A DNA stretch of 30,730 bases. Source: Piromyces finnis finn. Taxonomy: Eukaryota > Fungi > Neocallimastigomycota. Of the stretch, positions 24,251 to 30,730 are shown piece after piece; positions within the stretch are counted from its first letter, which is position 1; every line of letters begins with the position of its first letter. The notes below the pieces were generated by a model, which was given only the letters and a program-made list of their open reading frames with translations, had not been told where the DNA came from and ran no database searches. The stretch spans positions 1-30,730 of the forward strand of contig MCFH01000132.1 in NCBI GenBank assembly GCA_002104945.1. The letters are read 5' to 3'. The position numbers and the translations under genes are program-made.

Positions 24251-24332
24251 TGAAGATATTATTTACAAAATGAATGTTTAAATTTAATATTAATTTATAT
24301 TAAAGTTAACACTTTAAATATACTAATTATTT

Positions 24333-24715
24333 TGTACCATTGGCAATTAAAGCTTCTATTGCATTTTCATAATGATTCTTATAAGCTATTATATTAAGAT
24401 CAACAGCCTCACAACTTGCATTTATTAATGGGTATTTACTTCATTATTACATATATTGACATTAGCATTATTTTAATTAAATACTTTTCTTCATCTTCAT
24501 TTTTACTAATTTTACAAGCTTTTCCCTTAAATTTATTTTATTATTTCAATTTTTTATCTATTGTTGCTACATTATCAACTAAAAGTTGTATTATGCGAAT
24601 ATAATTTGTATAATACCTGCTTTATTTTTGCAAAGCTTTATCACCATTACTATTTTTTGAATTAATATTTATTCCATACTATTATTTTTACTATTAACCT
24701 GACAAGTTCAGAGAT
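24333..24715 (-). pseudogene. Ankyrin-repeat pseudogene
   Basis: GININSKNSNGDKAL, IIQLLVDN, NNANVNICNNE..TPLINASC and AIEALIANG, broken by stops and frameshifts. Confidence 0.6.
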
Positions 24716-26027
24716 AATCATAAAAAAAAAAAAAAAAAACGGGGAATAGAAAAAATAAATGTTAAAAATTAGAAAAAGGAAAATTTAAAAGTTTTAAAAA
24801 AAATGTTATGTTTTAATAAAGGTACAATGATAATTTATTAATTAAAAATTTAAATTAAAAATTTTTTAAATATTTAAAATAAATAAAAGGAAAAAAACAC
24901 ATTTTAAAAAAGAAAAAAATAAAGGTATATGCAATATACAATATTAAAAATGAATTAGAAATAAAACTTTTCCACCTTTTAATGTTTGATAAAAACTAAA
25001 CCTTTTACTATTAAAATACATCCTCTTTTTCAAATAAATGATCTTTTAAAAAAACTTTTTTTTTTTAAACTCTCAAGGAAGATATTAAAGTTATTAAAAA
25101 TAAATTAAAAATTAAATATGACTTAACGTAGCAATAATTGTAATTATGATGATTAATTATTATTCATTTTAAATAATTTAACATAAAATCAGTCATCCAA
25201 CTAGAGTTAAAAAAAAATAATACATAAATAATACATACTTTATTTACTACAATTATTTTCAATATTACTTTATTTGTAATACTATTAAAAGTATCCTTTT
25301 TATTAAAACATTATTATCATTGTTAAAACGTTAATATCATTTACTTTTTCTACTTTTTCTACTTTTCTTTTTTTTTTAATTTATTAAATATTATAATTCA
25401 TAAAAATTACTCATATTTTAATTTCTTTTTTTGAGTGGATTTTTATAATTGTTTTTTTATTGGTTATTGCGGTAAATAAACCTAAACTTTATTAATTATT
25501 AAAATAAATTATTTGTGCAACTTTAATAAGATTGCTAAGTTTAAATTTTCATGATCATCCTTAATTTTCATTGTGTAACAAAATATTATTATGATATTAA
25601 TATATTTAAAGTTTATAATTTATATTAAATTTAACATTAAAATTATTGTTTTTTTTTTATATTAAAAAAGACACATTCATTTAAATTTTTAAAAAATATT
25701 TCTTTTATTAATTTATATATATTTAATATATATATTTATTATAATACATTAAAAACGTATTTTTAAATAGACAGTAAAGGTCTTCTTTGCATCATTGCTA
25801 ATATTAATCTTGAATTTATAAATTATAAAAAATATTATAAAATAAAAAGATATAAAATAGGTAAATTAAACATCTAGCTTAATTTACATCTTTTATATGA
25901 TTAAAATAGTTGTATTTATAAATTTTCGAAAAATAGATACTATAATAATTATTGAAAAAACTATGGACCTTTATTTTTTTTTGTTTCAATAAATATATCT
26001 TGCTATTTTTATATTATATATATATAT

Positions 26028-26199
26028 ATATTTTAAATAGTATATATTACATAATTACAATAATTACATTTTGTGTTATTTTAAAAGCATTCCTTAATTA
26101 TACACTCATTATTAATATTATATATATATATTTTTTAAAAAAAAAAAATATTTTATTAATAAAATTATAATATTTATAATATTTATAATATTTATAATA
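26028..26199 (+). repeat. Direct repeat copy 1 (about 170 bp; copy 2 at 30568-30730)
   Basis: ATATTTTAAATAGTATATATTACATAATTACAATAATTACATTTT(T)GTGTTATTTTAAAAGCATTCCTTAATTATACACTCATTATTAATATT... near-identical in both places; ends in tandem TTATAATAT units. Confidence 0.95.
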
Positions 26200-26785
26200 C
26201 AGTTCAAAATCGATCCATTTTTAATCGATTTTCAAGAAAACAACACCAAGTGCCAAACGTATCCCTTTTGACACTTTTCACAAATTGCATAACACTCTTT
26301 TCAAAGTTTTTTCTTTCATCTTTCCCTCTCACCGTACCAATTTAAATTAAAAAAAAAAATATTTATTCTTAATATAATAACTTTATTATAGTTTTTGATA
26401 ATCTTTAAATCATATTTTCATGATGGATATTAATAATATAGATAGTAATATATTCATAAATTAGAGATAATTGGTATAATTATATTAATATAAAATGAAT
26501 ATTATATAAAATGAATATTAATATAAAATGAATATTAATAATAAATAATAGTAATTACTATTAAAAAGGAATAAAATAAAGATAGTAATGTTAGTAGTAA
26601 ACTAGTTATTAATAATAATATTGATAAAGATTATATATCAATATATCAATGATAATATTATATTAATTTTATCAAAAGAAAAAAAAAAATCCTATTGATA
26701 AAATTGTTATTATACCAATTTTATTAATATGATTTTTTTTTTATATATGTTTTATAACAGTTCTATTGGTATATATTATAAATTA

Positions 26786-29127
26786 TTATAAATTATTTCT
26801 TTTGAGCATTGTTTCTATATCATTATTTTTAATATCCTCTTGGATATCTAAAGTATCAAATGGAATACCACACAATTCACCATTTTCATATCCCCAAGTA
26901 CCTATTTTATCTGTATGATCAATCTTAATAAAACTAGAACAACATTTATAACCAAGTTCAACAATATTAGTTTGACATTCCAAGTTTTGATATTCTTTAT
27001 GTTCTAATGGTACTGACATTATTTTAAAATCTTTTAAACAATATTTTTCATTGACTCTTGAGCATATTGTTTTGTTGATAAAAATGTAATCTTCATATTT
27101 ATTAGTAATATCGCATTTTTCGATAGACAATTTATTATTTTTAAACAATAAACAATTATTATCGAATACTGAAATAATATTAAAATAGTTTTCATTTTGT
27201 TTGAAACGCCATTCGTTTCTGGAATTTTCAACACATTCTAAATCGGATTTTACAATATATTTTGTATTTTTTTTTGTTTTCTAATTTAAGCTTACTTTGA
27301 ATGCAAATATTTTTTTCATTATTTGATTTTGTATTATTTTGAATCAAGGTTTTATATATATAATAATTACTATCAAAATAAACATTTAATTCTCTATAAT
27401 AATCTGAAGTTTCTAAAATGTTATTTGAAGTTTCTAAAAGTTTTAAACGACTATTTGAGGATCTAAATGAATTACTTAAATATACTTTACGGATAACATC
27501 AGTACTGGGAAAATCCAAAATAAACCAATGATTATGTATTTTTTTCATCATTAAAATTAACTAATTTATCATTTACATACGATGCCTTATTTTTTATAGT
27601 ATCTGGAATGTCATACCAATCATTGGTTTTTGCTATATTTAAAAAATTCATAGTAAGAATCTCATCATTAGTACTATTAAAGCGGTTTTTGATTGAATCG
27701 TTAAAAGCAAAATATTGTCTATTAATATTATTTTTAATGTCCTCATCACTTCTACAATCAAAAGACTGAATTTTATACAAGTTATCGTCATTAGAAATAT
27801 ATGTCTTCAATGCAAGCACTTCTTAAAGATACATTATTAGTTAAAACATTATATACCATATCCCATTTATCATCTTTTTCTAAGTTATAATTATCTTGGA
27901 TACGGTAATTATTAATACTATTAGCATCTTTAGTCAATGTGGGATAACAAACTACACCATCATTAGCGCCATTTCCTCTACTATATTCCTTACATGATCC
28001 CATGTCTGGAATACTAAATACAATGGCTGCTTTAGAAGTATTCCAAAGATATGATTCACGTGAAAAGATAACAATTTTTCCTTGTATATCAGAAAGCATT
28101 GGCATTTCTTTACTTTGTTTAGGTTTATAATAAAAATCTTTAAATTTTTTATGTGCTGTGTTTGTATTGAATGTAAGCATAGTATCATTGTAAACAGTAT
28201 AGCTAGCAATTCTTTCAGCCAAGTTCATTATCCTTAACATATCTTTCTTCATTAGATTCTCCCATATTCTCTTTTTTTTAAATGAACAATAACTGTTTCT
28301 TTATTATTTTTATTTAAAAAATAAATAATTTCATCAAATACTTCCTTTAAATAATACTTTCCACCAGTTTTTTTTATTATGACAGTCCAATATGCCATGA
28401 GATAGGTATATTTCCTTTTCTTTATTTGTTTCAAGTCTTATATCGAGATATCGGATTCCTTTTTCTAATTGTTCTGTAATATCTAAAGATTGAGTTTTAC
28501 CATATAATATTCTACCTGCATCAATTACTGGAGTGAAAAGGTTTCCAATTTCAATTGCATAAGTGCCACTATCATGGGTTCCAGGAATATTTATTTGATT
28601 AAGTTAAGTTTTAAAATTAGAGTTTAGAAAACTCATCCAATTATGATCCTTTGGTGTTTCACTATTGTCACATAAATATTTTTTATAAACAAAACCAAAT
28701 CTAGTTAACAGCCATAATTATTACAGGATGCGGTTGTATCGATAATTCTTTCATTCGGTACTTCATATGACGTCCATTCACATTTTTCGCTTGCATTACT
28801 TTTATTATCGTGAATTTTGAAGTAAAATAGAGTAGAATAACTTTCAATACAAATTTTATCATTATATTCATCGCCTTTATAATTGCCAACACCTGGATTA
28901 TCTATTTCATTGTTCGAAATATTAATGCTACAGGACGGTTCTCTTAATCCTGATTTATAATAATAGTAAATAGTATCACCTTTTTTCATATTATACATAT
29001 CTTTATTGTTATCAGTTTTTAAACGATGATCTCTCCAATTATCTTTATAAAGAAATGCATCTAAATGTTCAGCATTGACATTAGATGCAATTATTATAAA
29101 TAGAGTTATATATAATAAACGCAACAT
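26786..29127 (-). CDS. Secreted PI-PLC X-domain (bacterial-type) phosphodiesterase with ricin-B-like lectin domain and C-terminal fungal dockerin (CBM10/NCDD); about 7 frameshifts and 1 stop as assembled
   Basis: Signal peptide MLRLLYITLFIIIASNVNA. PLC motifs NQINIPGTHDSG (PGTHDS 28568-28585), TQSLDITEQLEKGIRYLDIRL, YLSHG, ETVIVHLKKE, QGKIVIFSR, IQDNY, LTMNFLN, FILDFP. Cys-spaced NEWRF...NCL...IEKC...ICS...YCL (about 27010-27310). Dockerin CQTNIVELGYKCCSS...TDKIGTWGYENGELCGIP (26861-26977). No introns needed. Confidence 0.85.
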
Positions 29128-29197
29128 ACTATTTATTAAAATAATTTTAATAAATTTTAAATACTTTTAAAATAACATTGAGTAATTTTAAGTTATT

Positions 29198-29238
<41 letters not shown>

Positions 29239-29692
29239 TTTGAAATTTTAAAATTCTTTTTCATTTTAAACATGATTATTAAATATTATTTATAATTTAT
29301 TTTTTTACTGGTAAATTAATGATAATTTGTTATATTTTAAGATTCATTAAAATATTTCTTCTTTTATTTATAGAATAATTATTTAATTTTAATATATTTA
29401 TTTAATAATTCAACAAACTTAACTATAATTATCTGTTTTATTCATAAATTAAAATGTTAACATCCGCGAGACAATTTAAAGCATATAAAACATATATAAT
29501 TAAATAAATAATTGTTTGTTATGTCGTTCAAATTATTAAATTAATTATATTATTAACGATTTTCAATTATTATAAAATATAATGATAGTATTGTTTTATA
29601 AATATATATATTATACATTCTAAACTTTCATTATTAGTTTAAATAATAAATTTTTATAATTGATAAATAATTAAAATAAATTAACCCAATAG

Positions 29693-30242
29693 TACAGAAC
29701 TCTTATTAAAAGTTCTTACATTGATTATTTCACAGATATTCCTGATATTAATGGAAATATTACAAGTTACATTGCTTACACTTGTACCTATGAAGAAATT
29801 GATTCAAATAAATGTAATGATAAATGTGAAGTTGGTATTACTGAATATCCTTGTCAATGTAGTTATGATAGCGAATGTTTATCTAATAAATGTTATAAAA
29901 AATCATTGTGTTTATAACGATGATGAGTCTCCCATTGTTCATTGTTGTGATGTTTATTCAGATAAATGGTTTTTAGGTAAAAGTTCTTATATGTATTGTG
30001 GCAAACCACCAGAAAATCCTTGTGAAAAAGGTTCTGAATGTTCTTCAAAGCATTGTTCAAATAAAAGATGTGATAGTGTACAAGATGACGGTCCTTCAGA
30101 TAGTGATGGTATTCAAACTGCTATAGAAGGATTAATAATATGTAGTGTAATTTTTACTATTATTATAATTCTTATTATAGTAATTATATGCTGTTGGTGT
30201 AAGAAAAGAAGGAATAATAGAAATCAATCTAATAATGCATAA
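29693..30242 (+). CDS. Cys-rich single-pass membrane protein, last exon; +1 frameshift in an A6 run (29897-29902); 5' exon unresolved
   Basis: The repaired frame reads ...YTCTYEEIDSNKCNDKCEVGITEYPCQCSYDSECLSNKCYKNHCVYNDDESPIVHCCD...MYCGKPPENPCEKGSECSSKHCSNKRCD...GPSDSDG, then a hydrophobic TM segment and CCWCKKRR. Probable acceptor TTAAC...AATAG at 29692. The N-terminus in the ORF track is an off-frame artefact. Confidence 0.7.
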
Positions 30243-30567
30243 TCTTAAGTACTGCTAATGAGACATTAATATATATAGACAAGTTTATAATATATAAATA
30301 TGGATAAATATATATATATAATATATTATTTATATTTTTACATTTAATTAATATTTTAAAAAACTTTGTTGAAATATGATTTATCATAGCTTATATAACG
30401 TTTATAGAGTATTAATATAAAATAGGATTATAGTAATTGCATTTACTCAAAAAATTTAATTATTATTTATAGATTAAGAATTTCTTTATATAAAAAATTA
30501 AAAGGAAATGTACCTATGTTAAGTTATAATAAAAAAATGAAAAATAATAAAATATATTATAATCACC

Positions 30568-30730
30568 ATATTTTAAATAGTATATATTACATAATTACAA
30601 TAATTACATTTTTGTGTTATTTTAAAAGCATTCCTTAATTATACACTCATTATTAATATTAATATATATATTTTTTAAAAAAAAAAATATTTTAAATAAA
30701 ATTATAATATTTATAATATTTATAATATTT
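30568..30730 (+). repeat. Direct repeat copy 2 (runs off the window end)
   Basis: Near-identical to 26028-26199. Confidence 0.95.

Overview
Extremely AT-rich eukaryotic DNA, most consistent with an anaerobic gut fungus (Neocallimastigomycota). This is inferred from the composition, a fungal dockerin/CBM10 module, the ankyrin-like gene family and a bacterial-type AAA-ATPase/DUF1703 relic. The window is a gene-poor accessory region. It holds three ankyrin-like genes (two are paralogs inside a ~3.7 kb segmental duplication) and an ankyrin pseudogene. Mobile DNA comprises a Ty1/copia-type LTR retroelement relic (gag plus protease only, 3' LTR and PPT intact, interrupted by a nested solo LTR) and LINE fragments (APE endonuclease plus RT). 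There is also a decayed AAA-ATPase/PD-(D/E)XK nuclease gene and long (GTAATA)n and (TTA)n microsatellites. The right end carries a secreted PI-PLC-ricin-like-dockerin gene and a Cys-rich membrane protein gene, both lying between two near-identical direct repeats. Many ORF breaks are single-base indels in homopolymers, so several apparent pseudogenes may be sequencing artefacts. I found no rRNA, tRNA or CRISPR array, and I cannot support a wholly new biological system. The best leads are the dockerin-bearing phospholipase, the gag-protease-only LTR element, the ATPase-nuclease relic and an interleaved inverted repeat. All domain calls come from motif recognition by eye; no searches were run.
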